Counted from the stretch's first letter, positions 43,124-53,026 are shown. The stretch is DNA of 64,000 bases from Candidatus Heimdallarchaeum aukensis (GCA_021513695.1 CP084166.1:608001-672000), one strand, 5' to 3'. Notes: generated from the letters alone by a model not told the origin. Made by a program: numbers and translations.

Positions 43124-43321
43124 CAGTTAACTGTTGTATAAGCTAATTTCTGCTTATAATGCAAAAATTCTATCTGATTATTTTTCAATGTCCTATCGTT
43201 ACTTATAATTTAAAAAGGTAAAAAATTAAAGGATTAAATGATTATTTCTCAAAATTAAAAAAAAGAGAAATAAATTATAAAAGAGTATTAACTCATATCT
43301 TTGTTTACTTTCTCTGTAACT

Positions 43322-43817
43322 TTATCTAAAACTCCTACCTATTAGTTTATCTTTATTATATAGCTCTATTTCTTCTTTGACAGTAAGTGGGCTTTCTTGT
43401 GATAAATCTTGTTTATTTATAAGAATTAACAATGGTTTTCTGCTATCCACTATTAAAAACATGTAATCCAAAGAAAAAACGAGAAACTTCAAACGCATCA
43501 CTTTCAGATGAAGGTTTTATTGTTCCATCAATAACATAAATAACTGCATCGGCTTGAGTTACTCCTAAAGCCAACAGACTTTCCCGATAAAGTTCTTGTC
43601 CTCCTACATCGATAGCTGATAACTCCCAATCAGCAATTTTTATAGGTTGTTACCTAATATCTATCCCAAGAGTAGTACGTGGATCATCTAACACTGATTT
43701 TCCCGTCTCTAACTATCTAACAAGAGTAGTTTTTCCCGCACCAAAAGCTCATAATAATACAATATTTGCTTCTTTAGAAATATTTTTCTTTAAAAAAATG
43801 CTTCCTAACCAACTCAT
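43322..43817 (-). pseudogene. Arf/Sar-family small GTPase pseudogene (3 in-frame stops + at least 1 frameshift)
   Basis: Hand translation of the minus strand gives MSWLGSIFLKKNISKEANIVLL*AFGAGKTTLVR*LETGKSVLDDPRTTLGIDIR*QPIKIADWELSAIDVGGQELYRESLLALGVTQADAVIYVIDG. After a frame change near a T6 run it continues ..VDSRKPLLILINKQDLSQESPLTVKEEIELYNKDKLIGRSFR*. P-loop GAGKTT, Arf-type DVGGQ and NKQD are present. Stops are TGA (43749-43751), TAG (43713-43715) and TAA (43650-43652). Confidence 0.8.
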
Positions 43818-43939
43818 TAAGCTCAGCTAAAAATTTAATCACTATTTTAAAAACATTCTTTCTTTCCAAATCACTAGTTTATCTGTTGTTTCATTTATTT
43901 CGGAAAAAGTTAAAATCATAAAAATATAAATTGTAATTA

Positions 43940-45670
43940 ATGTCAAAAAACCAAAGTAACTTAGATACTAATCTTAAACAAAAGAAAGAGCTGAATAGCG
44001 AAAAAAAGAAATCTACAAAAAAGAATAGTAAAAACAAAGAAAAATGGTATATTAGATGGTCATTCAACATTTTATCAGTTTTTTTTGCAATTATCTCATT
44101 GATTGGTAGTTTTATTTTACTAATTTACGACATTTTTGTTCCTCGAACATTAAGAGAACTAGTTCCGATTTTGAATATGTTTAGAAAATATATCTTAATT
44201 GCAGCAGAACTTTTTTCGGGTAAAAAAAGCAAAGAAGTAGCAGAAGTTGTTTCAGAGCTAGAAGAGATAAAAATGAAAGAAGAAAAAATAATGAAGAACT
44301 ATCCTATTCGTCGAGGAATAGGAGAGGCTATTAACCTTGGTCTTCATCCCGTAATCATTTTTGCTATTCCAACAGCAATATGGGGAAAAAATCTTCATCA
44401 ATTGTTTGAAAGTTGGGGAATACCTGTTTCATTAGGCATATTATTGTTTGGAACAGGTCTATTATGTATTTCTTGGATAGCTACCATATTTGGGCCTATT
44501 TACGCATTATTTCATGAGTGCAGTATCTTTATGCTCAAAAGAGGGTCTTATCGTTGGGCAGAATTTTTTCAAGATTTAGAGAACCTTTTTGCTTTACCTT
44601 ATTACACTGCGAGGTCTAGTTTCAGCATTCTTGATGCTCCACCTATCTCTGCTGAAACTCTTGAAGAATTCAAGCTTGATATAATGGATGACATCGGACA
44701 AATAAAAAATAGAATTGCAGATATTCTTTCTCTTGATGCCACTCAAGTTCCAGAAAGATCAAAACAAATGTTACAAGAATTGCTAATCGAAACTCAACAA
44801 TCACTAGGTTCTATTAACATATCTGAAATAAAAGAAGTAACAGCAAGACAATTTGCACTCCTTATTTGGAATAAAGAAGGATCAATGTTCCCATGGAGGA
44901 GAAATGAAGCTCTAGAAGAATTTGCGAAGAAAAACAACATGTCTGTAAAGGAAGCAAAAAAAACTATTCAACTCATTGCAAAGAAAGCAGTTGAAGGATT
45001 TACTTCTAAAGACTTGTATTTTAGTATAATGATAACTGGAGCTTTAAAAGGAATTGCTGAACTAGAAGAAAAATATAAACAATTCATGAGTGATATAGAA
45101 TATACTTCTACTGCACTTTCACTTTCTTTAGGGGCACAACAATACATCATAGATACTTTTACAGAAAAACCATTCTACAAGAAATTACTTAAGGTTCTTG
45201 TAGATAGTTTTATAGCACTATTCTTACCTTATATAATGTTACTTGTTGTTATTTTCAAATACTTTAAACATGTAGTAGGCCAAACGATAAGAAATATTGT
45301 TAGCATTAAAGACTTAAAAAAGAAGAAAATATTTAGGAACAAGATAAAAGAAATTAAAGAAACACTTTACAGTTCTTATCATTCAATAGGAGATTCAAAA
45401 TTTAGCCTAAAAGAGACCTTTGACATAGATTTTGGAGAATTTTTCAAAAAACTCGGTAAATTTTTCGTAAAAGTTCTACTTTTAGTTCCTCTCCTATTTT
45501 GGAGTCTAATAAAGGCTATCTACATAAGAATACAAAAGTTGTTGAGAAGAAGAACGGAAGAGGAAAAGAACAAGAGAAAGTTTGAGAAAGAATTAGCAAC
45601 AAAAACTTTAGTAGCAATGTACGAAGAACTCTATGAAAAAATTGTTTTAAGCAACTTGTACTATACATAG
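43940..45670 (+). CDS. Hypothetical multi-pass membrane protein with K-rich N-terminus
   Basis: Several TM segments (ILSVFFAIISLIGSFILLIY, PVIIFAIPTAIW, GILLFGTGLLCISWIATIFGPIYAL, ALFLPYIMLLVVIF, VLLLVPLLFWSLI) are separated by helical soluble regions. No family recognised. Confidence 0.6.
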   Translation: MSKNQSNLDTNLKQKKELNSEKKKSTKKNSKNKEKWYIRWSFNILSVFFAIISLIGSFILLIYDIFVPRTLRELVPILNMFRKYILIAAELFSGKKSKEVAEVVSELEEIKMKEEKIMKNYPIRRGIGEAINLGLHPVIIFAIPTAIWGKNLHQLFESWGIPVSLGILLFGTGLLCISWIATIFGPIYALFHECSIFMLKRGSYRWAEFFQDLENLFALPYYTARSSFSILDAPPISAETLEEFKLDIMDDIGQIKNRIADILSLDATQVPERSKQMLQELLIETQQSLGSINISEIKEVTARQFALLIWNKEGSMFPWRRNEALEEFAKKNNMSVKEAKKTIQLIAKKAVEGFTSKDLYFSIMITGALKGIAELEEKYKQFMSDIEYTSTALSLSLGAQQYIIDTFTEKPFYKKLLKVLVDSFIALFLPYIMLLVVIFKYFKHVVGQTIRNIVSIKDLKKKKIFRNKIKEIKETLYSSYHSIGDSKFSLKETFDIDFGEFFKKLGKFFVKVLLLVPLLFWSLIKAIYIRIQKLLRRRTEEEKNKRKFEKELATKTLVAMYEELYEKIVLSNLYYT

Positions 45671-45676
45671 GATTTA

Positions 45677-46645
45677 CTAATCTGGAAGAAAGTCAGGGTG
45701 ATAAACAAGTTTATCCAGATCTCTAGGTGGAGCGTGAGCTAAAAATCCATCTTGATAAGCCAGAGGGTAAAAAGTTCGTACTCTAGAATAAAGTGTAGGA
45801 TAATCAATTATCATTACAATTTTGTTCTCTTGTGTAAGTAATTTTAGCAATGAAGTAACTTCTTCAATCACATTTTTAGGTCGTTTGATATTATTTAGAA
45901 AATAGACATCTTCTCTACCTATCCCATCTATTGCTTGCCTGTATTCATCGCTTTCAAGCAGAACTTCACCATTTTGAGGAATAACTAAAAAGCTTGGTTT
46001 CTTTGATTTTGCGTATTTACTGATTGAAATAACAAAATCAATCATTTCTTCTTTAGCTGTTGGTCTTTCATCTTCATAATACTCAAAAGCGTCTATAATG
46101 TCTAAATAACAACCGTCAAAACCTGCTGCAATAATTCTATCTAAATAACTTTCATTTGTTCCAAAAATAATCCTCTGCCATTCAGGATTCCAATATTTAA
46201 CTTTATAATTGCCCTCCCAATCAGGATTCTCAACATCTAGCCATTCAGGAGCATTATCATCAGGTATTCCATCATTATCTACATCCCAGCTATTATCCCA
46301 ATAAAAACGGTATGTTTCAGCTTCTCCTATACTCATATAACTGAGAAGTATTTTCTTTTCATTTCCTTCTCTCATGTATGAAACTTGACTATTATTATAT
46401 TCTAGTTCTTCACTTCCGTCTGCAGAGTAATCAATGATAATAAGGTCGTACTTGGAATTTGAAATTTCTTCAATGTCAATATTTTGAAGCTGATAGGCAA
46501 AATCATTAACAATAAATCCATTAACATTAAATTGTGGGGGGTTTTGAGTTTCCATATTGGGAAAATAGAAGAAATAAAAGTACAAACTTGTAATTATTAA
46601 AGAAAAAACAATTAAAAATATTAAAAATATGAAACGTTTTTTCAC
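45677..46645 (-). CDS. MJ1477/TM1410-family putative glycoside hydrolase (GH114 endo-alpha-1,4-polygalactosaminidase-like TIM barrel), membrane-anchored
   Basis: N-terminal anchor. YDLIIIDYS, LSYMSIGEAE, WNPEWQRII, GFDGCYLDIIDAFEY and QNG match my memory of the Glyco_hydro_114-like family pattern. Confidence 0.55.
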   Translation of the reverse strand: MKKRFIFLIFLIVFSLIITSLYFYFFYFPNMETQNPPQFNVNGFIVNDFAYQLQNIDIEEISNSKYDLIIIDYSADGSEELEYNNSQVSYMREGNEKKILLSYMSIGEAETYRFYWDNSWDVDNDGIPDDNAPEWLDVENPDWEGNYKVKYWNPEWQRIIFGTNESYLDRIIAAGFDGCYLDIIDAFEYYEDERPTAKEEMIDFVISISKYAKSKKPSFLVIPQNGEVLLESDEYRQAIDGIGREDVYFLNNIKRPKNVIEEVTSLLKLLTQENKIVMIIDYPTLYSRVRTFYPLAYQDGFLAHAPPRDLDKLVYHPDFLPD

Positions 46646-46720
46646 ATGTGTGATATAGCTATTATCCTTTATTAGTTTTGAGAATGATTTTTATAGATTA
46701 ATTAATCCTCCAGTTAAAAG

Positions 46721-48052
46721 CTACTCCTCCGTCCTCAGATTCTCAACTTCTTCTGTCTCATAATTTCCTTCTTTTATAAATAGAAGAAAGAATGTACCTA
46801 TAAAATAGATAGATCCTGTAATGTAAAAAGCTAATTGGAAATTGAAGGGTTTATCGTATTTGTTTAGAATAACTCCTCCAATAGGTTGACTAATACTGTT
46901 AAAGGCTGTAAAAGCTAAAGCGTCAATAGCACTAAAAGTTGCTCTTTGACTAGAAGGTAAGAGATCCATTACTATAGCATTAATTAAAGGCCACCCAGCA
47001 TTCATAAAAGCCTGTCTAAGAATGTAGATAACAAGTACAACAGAGAAGGGAGGAATAAAAGCAAATCCAAAAATAAGAACTACAGCAATAAACTCTAAAA
47101 AGAAAACTGCTTTAGCACGACCAAATTTCTTAGCAAATCTTAAAGCAATGGCTGAAAGAATAGCAGTTATTAATGGAGCTAAAGAGAATATAAGTGTAAG
47201 TTCAGAAATTGTTCGACCATAAATTGCTTCAAAAAAGCGTGGAAGAAAAGGAATAGATATACCAGCTCCAAAAGCAATTAGAAAATCTGCTAGTACGATT
47301 ATTAAAGGAGTTCTATAGAATGATAATTTTTCTCTAAAGGTTTTACAGTTTTTATATTTAGATAAAATTAAAGCGTCTTTTTTCTTTTCTTCCAATATCT
47401 CTTTAGTCTCAATTTGACCTTTAGAGTGAATAGACCTTTTATCGTGAATAAAGAAACCTAAAAATGCTGCAAAGATTATTACTGAAGCATAGATTTTAAT
47501 CACAGGAAGAATAACTTCTTCAGAATAAAGATCACCTAAATACCTGTAGATAAAGAAACCTACAACACCACCAATAGCTGTACATAACTGTTGAATAATA
47601 GACATAATCGTAAAAATCTTTGTTCGTGTACCTTTAGTTGTACAATCAGCAACTAAAGCTGACCCTGCAGGCATCATTAAAGAATTAGCTAAAGCAAAAA
47701 GGAATTGAATTACATATAGATAGGTCAAAGAATTAGCAAAAAAGTAGATTATCATCCCAGCTATGAAAAGAAAATTTGAAATCCAGATGAAGGCATCTCT
47801 TCTCCATCTATCAGAAAGAATACCAGAGACAATTAATCCTATAATTCCTACTAAACTAGTTGTTCCAAAAATCAATCCTACATCTATGTCTGTACCTCCC
47901 CATACATACACTAAAAAGAGCGTAGCTATATAGAAAGGAGTTTGAACTAATGAATAAATTGCAAATGCTCCAAAATATAGTTTCAAATTCAGGTTTAAGT
48001 TCTTTAATAATGAGATTTGTGCTCTGATATTCGCCCCTATCATAGTCTCCAA
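46721..48052 (-). CDS. MFS transporter
   Basis: Twelve-TM-like profile. Motif A-like GILSDRWRRDAFI. Confidence 0.8.
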   Translation of the reverse strand: METMIGANIRAQISLLKNLNLNLKLYFGAFAIYSLVQTPFYIATLFLVYVWGGTDIDVGLIFGTTSLVGIIGLIVSGILSDRWRRDAFIWISNFLFIAGMIIYFFANSLTYLYVIQFLFALANSLMMPAGSALVADCTTKGTRTKIFTIMSIIQQLCTAIGGVVGFFIYRYLGDLYSEEVILPVIKIYASVIIFAAFLGFFIHDKRSIHSKGQIETKEILEEKKKDALILSKYKNCKTFREKLSFYRTPLIIVLADFLIAFGAGISIPFLPRFFEAIYGRTISELTLIFSLAPLITAILSAIALRFAKKFGRAKAVFFLEFIAVVLIFGFAFIPPFSVVLVIYILRQAFMNAGWPLINAIVMDLLPSSQRATFSAIDALAFTAFNSISQPIGGVILNKYDKPFNFQLAFYITGSIYFIGTFFLLFIKEGNYETEEVENLRTEE

Positions 48053-48170
48053 CTCTTCGTTTATATAAATTTTTTAATGAATATAAAAACGTGTGTTAAT
48101 ACGAATAGTTTGACTATTAAACCAATCAATTAAAGCTAACAATTAAAAATATACAAATTTCAAAAAAATT

Positions 48171-48329
48171 CTACCTCTCTAACCAAATTTCTAAAGCTTC
48201 ACGTATCGTATCAAGAGCATCCTCAATATTTTCTGCGACTAGATCTCTTCTTTCTAAAAATGGACTGCTAATAAATAGAATATTATCTTCATCTTTTGAT
48301 ATCAGAATTGGTAATTCTTTTAATTGCAT
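48171..48329 (-). CDS. HicB-like (UPF0150) small protein, 52 aa, below the ORF-track cutoff
   Basis: Hand translation gives MQLKELPILISKDEDNILFISSPFLERRDLVAENIEDALDTIREALEIWLER*. It follows the HicB N-terminal-domain pattern (V-I-x-K-D-E-D-G-x-(Y/F)-x-A.. P-x-L.. G-x-T-x-E-E-A-x-x-N-x-x-E-A-(I/L)-E-x-x-L-E). No HicA partner is seen. Confidence 0.4.
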   Translation of the reverse strand: MQLKELPILISKDEDNILFISSPFLERRDLVAENIEDALDTIREALEIWLER

Positions 48330-48436
48330 AACATTTGTATTGTATGAAGATATTTAAACCTAAAACCAGTTACTCTTTTTCGGATAACCAAACTTAAATA
48401 TTGTTACCGTTTTTGCTGAATTGACGAGGAATTAAA

Positions 48437-49525
48437 ATGGATTCAAGAAAAGGAGATAAAATTTATGGACCTATAATTGTTTCTGCAGCAAATGCAGCAA
48501 GATCTTTTGATGCACCAGTAAGATATCCTCTATTGTTCAACTCTCCAGACGTCTTTGTAAAACCAATGGCTATGCCCAGAGCTTCTTCTTTCATTACTTT
48601 AATTGAGCATTTTCTAGGATTGTTAATTTTATTACCAATTCTTCTAATAAAAAGAGGAACAAAGCAAGTTTTTGGTGTTTTCAAGGAGTTTGATAGAAGA
48701 GACTGGATTTCTTTAATTTTCATTTCTGCTGGTGGTTCAGCTTTAGGGTTATTTTTCTTCCTAATTTCATTGGGATTAGGAAACCCTACAGTAGCGATAT
48801 TAATTCAAAAATCTCAACCACTCATAACACTGATTTTTGCAATTTTTATATTAAAAGAGAAACCAAGTCTACGTTTCTACGTTGTTCTTCTATTAGCAAT
48901 AACTGGTATTGGTCTGATAGCTTGGCCAGATATTTCAAAAAGTGTTCAAACTCTAGAGTTTACAGGACTAATTGCCATTCTTTGCTCACTTTTAGCAGCT
49001 GTTTTTTGGGGTGGTAGCACAGTTTTTGGAAGAATATTAACAAAAAAAGTTGATTATTGGAATTTAACCCTATTTAGGTATATTGGAGGATTTTTCTTTT
49101 TATTGGTCTTCAATATTTTTACTTTCACCTATAACTCAACCTATTTTGGGCTGCTTACACAAAAAATAAATGTTTTTGGACATTATGTGGATGGGTCATT
49201 TGTTCCTTTAGATTGGCAGTGGATAGGAATCCTTTGTATTCTCTACGCAGCTATACTTACTGGAGGAGTGCTTCCTTTAGCTCTCTATTATTTTGGTCTC
49301 ACAAGGTCCAAAGCTTCAGTAGCAGGGCTGGCAGAACTAGCTTTCCCTATTCTATCGATATTTATTAATTATTATTTCTTGGGATTTGGGTTAGAACCAA
49401 TACAAATTGTAGGAGCAATAATATTATTAGCAAGCGTTTCAACACTATCTTACATTAATGCTAAAGAGTTTGAACGAGATCAACAAATTCTTTTAGAAAA
49501 AGATAGAATGAAAGAAAAAAATTAA
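48437..49525 (+). CDS. EamA/DMT-superfamily transporter
   Basis: Ten-TM-like profile with two EamA-like halves (SAGGSALGLFFFLISLGLGNPTVAILIQKSQPLITLIFAIFILKEKP ; ...LALYYFGLTRSKASVAGLAELAFPILSIFINYYFLGFGLEPIQIVGAIILLASV). The true start may be internal. Confidence 0.75.
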   Translation: MDSRKGDKIYGPIIVSAANAARSFDAPVRYPLLFNSPDVFVKPMAMPRASSFITLIEHFLGLLILLPILLIKRGTKQVFGVFKEFDRRDWISLIFISAGGSALGLFFFLISLGLGNPTVAILIQKSQPLITLIFAIFILKEKPSLRFYVVLLLAITGIGLIAWPDISKSVQTLEFTGLIAILCSLLAAVFWGGSTVFGRILTKKVDYWNLTLFRYIGGFFFLLVFNIFTFTYNSTYFGLLTQKINVFGHYVDGSFVPLDWQWIGILCILYAAILTGGVLPLALYYFGLTRSKASVAGLAELAFPILSIFINYYFLGFGLEPIQIVGAIILLASVSTLSYINAKEFERDQQILLEKDRMKEKN

Positions 49526-49582
49526 ACTATTTCTTCTCTCTTTTTCCCTTAACTTTTTTTAGGAGAACATTATTGGAAAAGT

Positions 49583-50578
49583 ATGGAAATAATTCCGTTG
49601 GCATGTGAATCATTAGGAACTAGATCTTTTTCTCATTTAGTCATAACAGAAGATGTGAAAATATTAATTGACCCTTCAGTTTCTCTTGCACCTAGAAGAT
49701 TTAGACTCAACCCTCACCCTTTAGAGATAGCAGCATCGTGGATTTCGAGAGAAACAATCCTGAAAGCAGTATCTTTGAGTGAAATAATTATACAAACACA
49801 TTATCATGCAGATCATTTTACTCTACCAGAACGCAGAATCTATGAGTTTACTAACAAAAATGTTTTTGAAAAGATTTATTCTAAAGAAAAGACAATTTAT
49901 GCTAAAGATCCAGAAAATAATATTAATTATAATCAAAAAAGAAGAGCAAAATATCTTTGGAAAACAAAAAAGAGAAAATTGTTCGAAGCTGAAGGGATTT
50001 CTTTCCAAATCGGAAATACGAGAATAAAGTTTTCTGAAGCTGTTCCACATAATATTGATGAAAGATTAGGTTTTGTTTTTGAAACAGTAATTGACGATGG
50101 AAAAACAAAGTATCTCTACACTTCAGATGTTAGTGGGCCTGTTTCAGAAAAAGCAACAGAGTTTATATTAAACGAAGAACCAGATATTTTAGTTCTAGAT
50201 GGCCCCACATATTATCATCCTAGGGTTTCTAAAAAAGAAAAAGAGATAGCATTCAAAAACCTAAATATAATAGTAGAATCAATAGAAGAAATTTATATCG
50301 AACATCACTTTTTAAGGAAAAAAAATTGGAAAGAAAAACTAGAAAAAGAAGTTGAAACCAAGCTTCCTGCTTTTAGCCAAATAATCAATTTAGAACCAAT
50401 TATATTAGAAGCTATGAGAAAAGAACTTTTTAAAGAAATAGAAGTTCAAGAAGAATTTTATTCTTTACTTGAACAAGGATTAGTTAATACTGATTTTTAT
50501 CTTAAAATACTAAAAGAGAACAACATAGATACTTATTGGCAAAAAATTAGAAAAAAAATAGAGAAATATTGTTGTTAA
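49583..50578 (+). CDS. Metallo-beta-lactamase-fold hydrolase, archaeal UPF0282/COG2248-like
   Basis: MEIIPLACESLGTRSFSHLVITEDVKILIDPSVSLAPRRFRLNPHP matches the UPF0282 N-terminus as I recall it. Has the HYHADH (HxHxDH) metal motif. Confidence 0.7.
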   Translation: MEIIPLACESLGTRSFSHLVITEDVKILIDPSVSLAPRRFRLNPHPLEIAASWISRETILKAVSLSEIIIQTHYHADHFTLPERRIYEFTNKNVFEKIYSKEKTIYAKDPENNINYNQKRRAKYLWKTKKRKLFEAEGISFQIGNTRIKFSEAVPHNIDERLGFVFETVIDDGKTKYLYTSDVSGPVSEKATEFILNEEPDILVLDGPTYYHPRVSKKEKEIAFKNLNIIVESIEEIYIEHHFLRKKNWKEKLEKEVETKLPAFSQIINLEPIILEAMRKELFKEIEVQEEFYSLLEQGLVNTDFYLKILKENNIDTYWQKIRKKIEKYCC

Positions 50579-50583
50579 AAAGG

Positions 50584-52170
50584 TTAAATTTTAGGCTCTA
50601 ATATTTCTCCTTTCGGATATTTTATGATATAGGAAATATTGATCTTTTCTTCTTTTCCTGGTTCAATAGATATTTTCCACTCCAACACTCCTTGATTCTG
50701 CTTTCTAGGTTCTGGAGAGATTTCCTTAGTGATTACCTCAATATTTGGATCTTGGGGATATGGAATTCGCTCTATTACTTTTAGTTCAGCTTTTTCTTCA
50801 ATTTGATTCTTAATTTTTATTTGATAGTGGAAGTCTATTTGTTCTTTTCCTTTAGTAATTCCTGCTTTTGCTACTTCTCGTTTGAGCAACTTTCTTTCTA
50901 TCTTCAAATCATAGCTTTCAATTAAACCAACAGTAAATTCATCTTTAGGATGGATTAAATCCAAGTGACTCTGACTAATAAATTCTCCATCAATGAAAAC
51001 TTTAGCATCTCCTTCCAATAAAAATTGATCTTCATTCTTTAATTTGTGAGTTAGAATAAGCTTTTCATCGAGAGAGCTCCAATAATACTGCTTTTCTACT
51101 TTTACTTTAAAGCTATCCAAGTACAAAGTTTTAGGTGTTTTTCCTGAAGGAATGTCATGCTTTCCACTAAGTTCAAACCTTTGGTGTCCTACTACACTTG
51201 TACTCTTAGCAGTTTCAACATAAAGATCGTCTAATTCTGCTTCAGGTACAGGAGCTGGAGCTGGCTTCATCAATTCTTTTTCAGCAATAGCCATAGCTTT
51301 AGGTCTCATAGCTCTTTTAACGCCATAATCTTGTTTCTTTACTCTAGATGCACTTACAGGATATACAGGTTCATATAAATAGAGGTATAAAGGATCAACT
51401 TCTTCAATTGAGATGGGTTTCCGATTAGCAGTAGAAATTGTAACTTTGGTCTTATCCCAATCAATTCTAGTCCTATTATAGACTTTAGCTAATCGTTGTA
51501 TTAGTGCTTCACCTTTAGTTAGTTCAATCATGTAAACAGGAGTCCATGAAGCTTGAGACACAGTATAGCTTAATTCTAATTCTATTTCACAATCTTCTTG
51601 AGCATCTAAAATAATATTTATCTCGTAAAACTCATTTTCAAGATATTGCATCTGATTCTTTTTTTCTTTTAGAGAATTAAGCAACTTATTTAATTCTATA
51701 ATTTCGTGCTCTAATTGAATTTTTTTAGCATTCTCAGCCTCTATTTGACTTTGATAGAAAGAATAATACTCTCGAAAATCATCAACAGTTTTATTCTTAA
51801 TCATTCCATAGCGACCAAATCCTTCTGCAATACTCTTAATGGTAGTTGTAAGGGCGTTAATTGAAACCTTCAAAGATTCTAACCTTAAGTTCCTCTGTTC
51901 GATTTCTTTTTCTGTCTTCAAGATTTCTTTCTCAATTTCAATTAAATTTTCTTCATCTCTATAGATGTGCTGGAGAACAGGAGAAATATCAACAAGTTTA
52001 ACTTTACCAGTCCCTCTAACTTTTATAGAATCCTCATCTAAAAACTCAGATAATTCAGTAACAGTTAAAGTTTGCTCGCCTTTTACTAATTTAACCTTTT
52101 TCTGTCTTGTAATTAAAGCTCCATCAGTTAAAACAGTTACTTCTTTGATTGGAAGAGTTATTTTCTTCAT
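50584..52170 (-). CDS. DUF4139/DUF4140 (TIGR02231, 'mucoidy inhibitor A'-like) protein
   Basis: The N-terminus, EVTVLTDGALITRQKKVKLVKGEQTLTVTELSEFLDEDSIKVRGTG, is typical of DUF4140. A coiled-coil segment follows, then a large beta-rich C-terminal domain. Confidence 0.6.
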   Translation of the reverse strand: MKKITLPIKEVTVLTDGALITRQKKVKLVKGEQTLTVTELSEFLDEDSIKVRGTGKVKLVDISPVLQHIYRDEENLIEIEKEILKTEKEIEQRNLRLESLKVSINALTTTIKSIAEGFGRYGMIKNKTVDDFREYYSFYQSQIEAENAKKIQLEHEIIELNKLLNSLKEKKNQMQYLENEFYEINIILDAQEDCEIELELSYTVSQASWTPVYMIELTKGEALIQRLAKVYNRTRIDWDKTKVTISTANRKPISIEEVDPLYLYLYEPVYPVSASRVKKQDYGVKRAMRPKAMAIAEKELMKPAPAPVPEAELDDLYVETAKSTSVVGHQRFELSGKHDIPSGKTPKTLYLDSFKVKVEKQYYWSSLDEKLILTHKLKNEDQFLLEGDAKVFIDGEFISQSHLDLIHPKDEFTVGLIESYDLKIERKLLKREVAKAGITKGKEQIDFHYQIKIKNQIEEKAELKVIERIPYPQDPNIEVITKEISPEPRKQNQGVLEWKISIEPGKEEKINISYIIKYPKGEILEPKI

Positions 52171-52246
52171 AAATTAAACTTTAATTCAAAGTAAATAAAA
52201 GTATTGTAGAGAGAAAGAAAAAATCAATTAATTCTTTCTTTAATTC

Positions 52247-53026
52247 CTATTCTTCTGTTGTTGAAAGACCACCTAAGAAAGTAGAAATAAACTGAATAAA
52301 TCTTTCTTCTTCAGGAACACCCTCTTCATCCATCTCTTTCAAGAACTCTTTTTGTAGTTCTGTAACTTTCCTGTAAAAGTCTCTAACTGTTTCTGCTAAT
52401 TTTATTACATGTGCAAATTTAGATAGTTTAATTGTTCTAACAATCAAAGATGTCTCTGAACGTGGATATTTGAAATGCTCTTTCAAGTAATCCAACCCTT
52501 TTTTCTCTAGAGTTTCTTTTACTTTGAATTCAATATCAATTAGTTCATTTGCTATAGATGTCTCAATATTATGAATAAAAGAAAGATATTGCTTAAACGA
52601 TTGTGAAAATGATTTTTCTCCTTCACTTTTTAACAACTTTTCCAATATTTCTTTTTCTATTTCTCTTTCAGATAATTCTTTGTATTTTTTCAATTTCTTG
52701 TCAAAATCACTTTCTTCTTTTACATAATCTTCAATATTCTTTCGATATAAAGAAGCAATGTTTTCTTCTAATCTGTAAAATTTGCCCCATGATGAAGCAG
52801 TTTTTTCAGCATCTACTTCAACCATATTATCATCAAGTAACTGTTTTAAATACCTTAATGTAGTCGTTTCAGGTTTTCCTATCAAAGTGCTTAACTTCTT
52901 TAGATTCAAAGATCCATACCAACTTAAAGCTGTAATTATCGCAAATTTGTTTGGATCATCGACCCACAATTTTTCGTATTTTTCTTCAATTTCCTTGATT
53001 TTTTCTTCTTCAGCCATTCTTTTCAA
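52247..53026 (-). CDS. Winged-helix DNA-binding protein with long helical C-terminal region
   Basis: FAIITALSWYGSLNLKKLSTLIGKPETTTLRYLKQLLDDNMVEV is an ArsR/TrmB-like wHTH. Confidence 0.55.
   Translation of the reverse strand: MKRMAEEEKIKEIEEKYEKLWVDDPNKFAIITALSWYGSLNLKKLSTLIGKPETTTLRYLKQLLDDNMVEVDAEKTASSWGKFYRLEENIASLYRKNIEDYVKEESDFDKKLKKYKELSEREIEKEILEKLLKSEGEKSFSQSFKQYLSFIHNIETSIANELIDIEFKVKETLEKKGLDYLKEHFKYPRSETSLIVRTIKLSKFAHVIKLAETVRDFYRKVTELQKEFLKEMDEEGVPEEERFIQFISTFLGGLSTTEE

Noticed and set aside
43650-43751. Possibility that the in-frame TGA at a conserved P-loop Gly position signals a UGA=Gly (code 25-like) or selenocysteine recoding
   Set aside because: TGA is used as a genuine stop elsewhere in the window (e.g. 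8511..8513, and the end of 31723..32745). The same gene also contains in-frame TAG and TAA plus a frameshift. Pseudogenisation explains everything.
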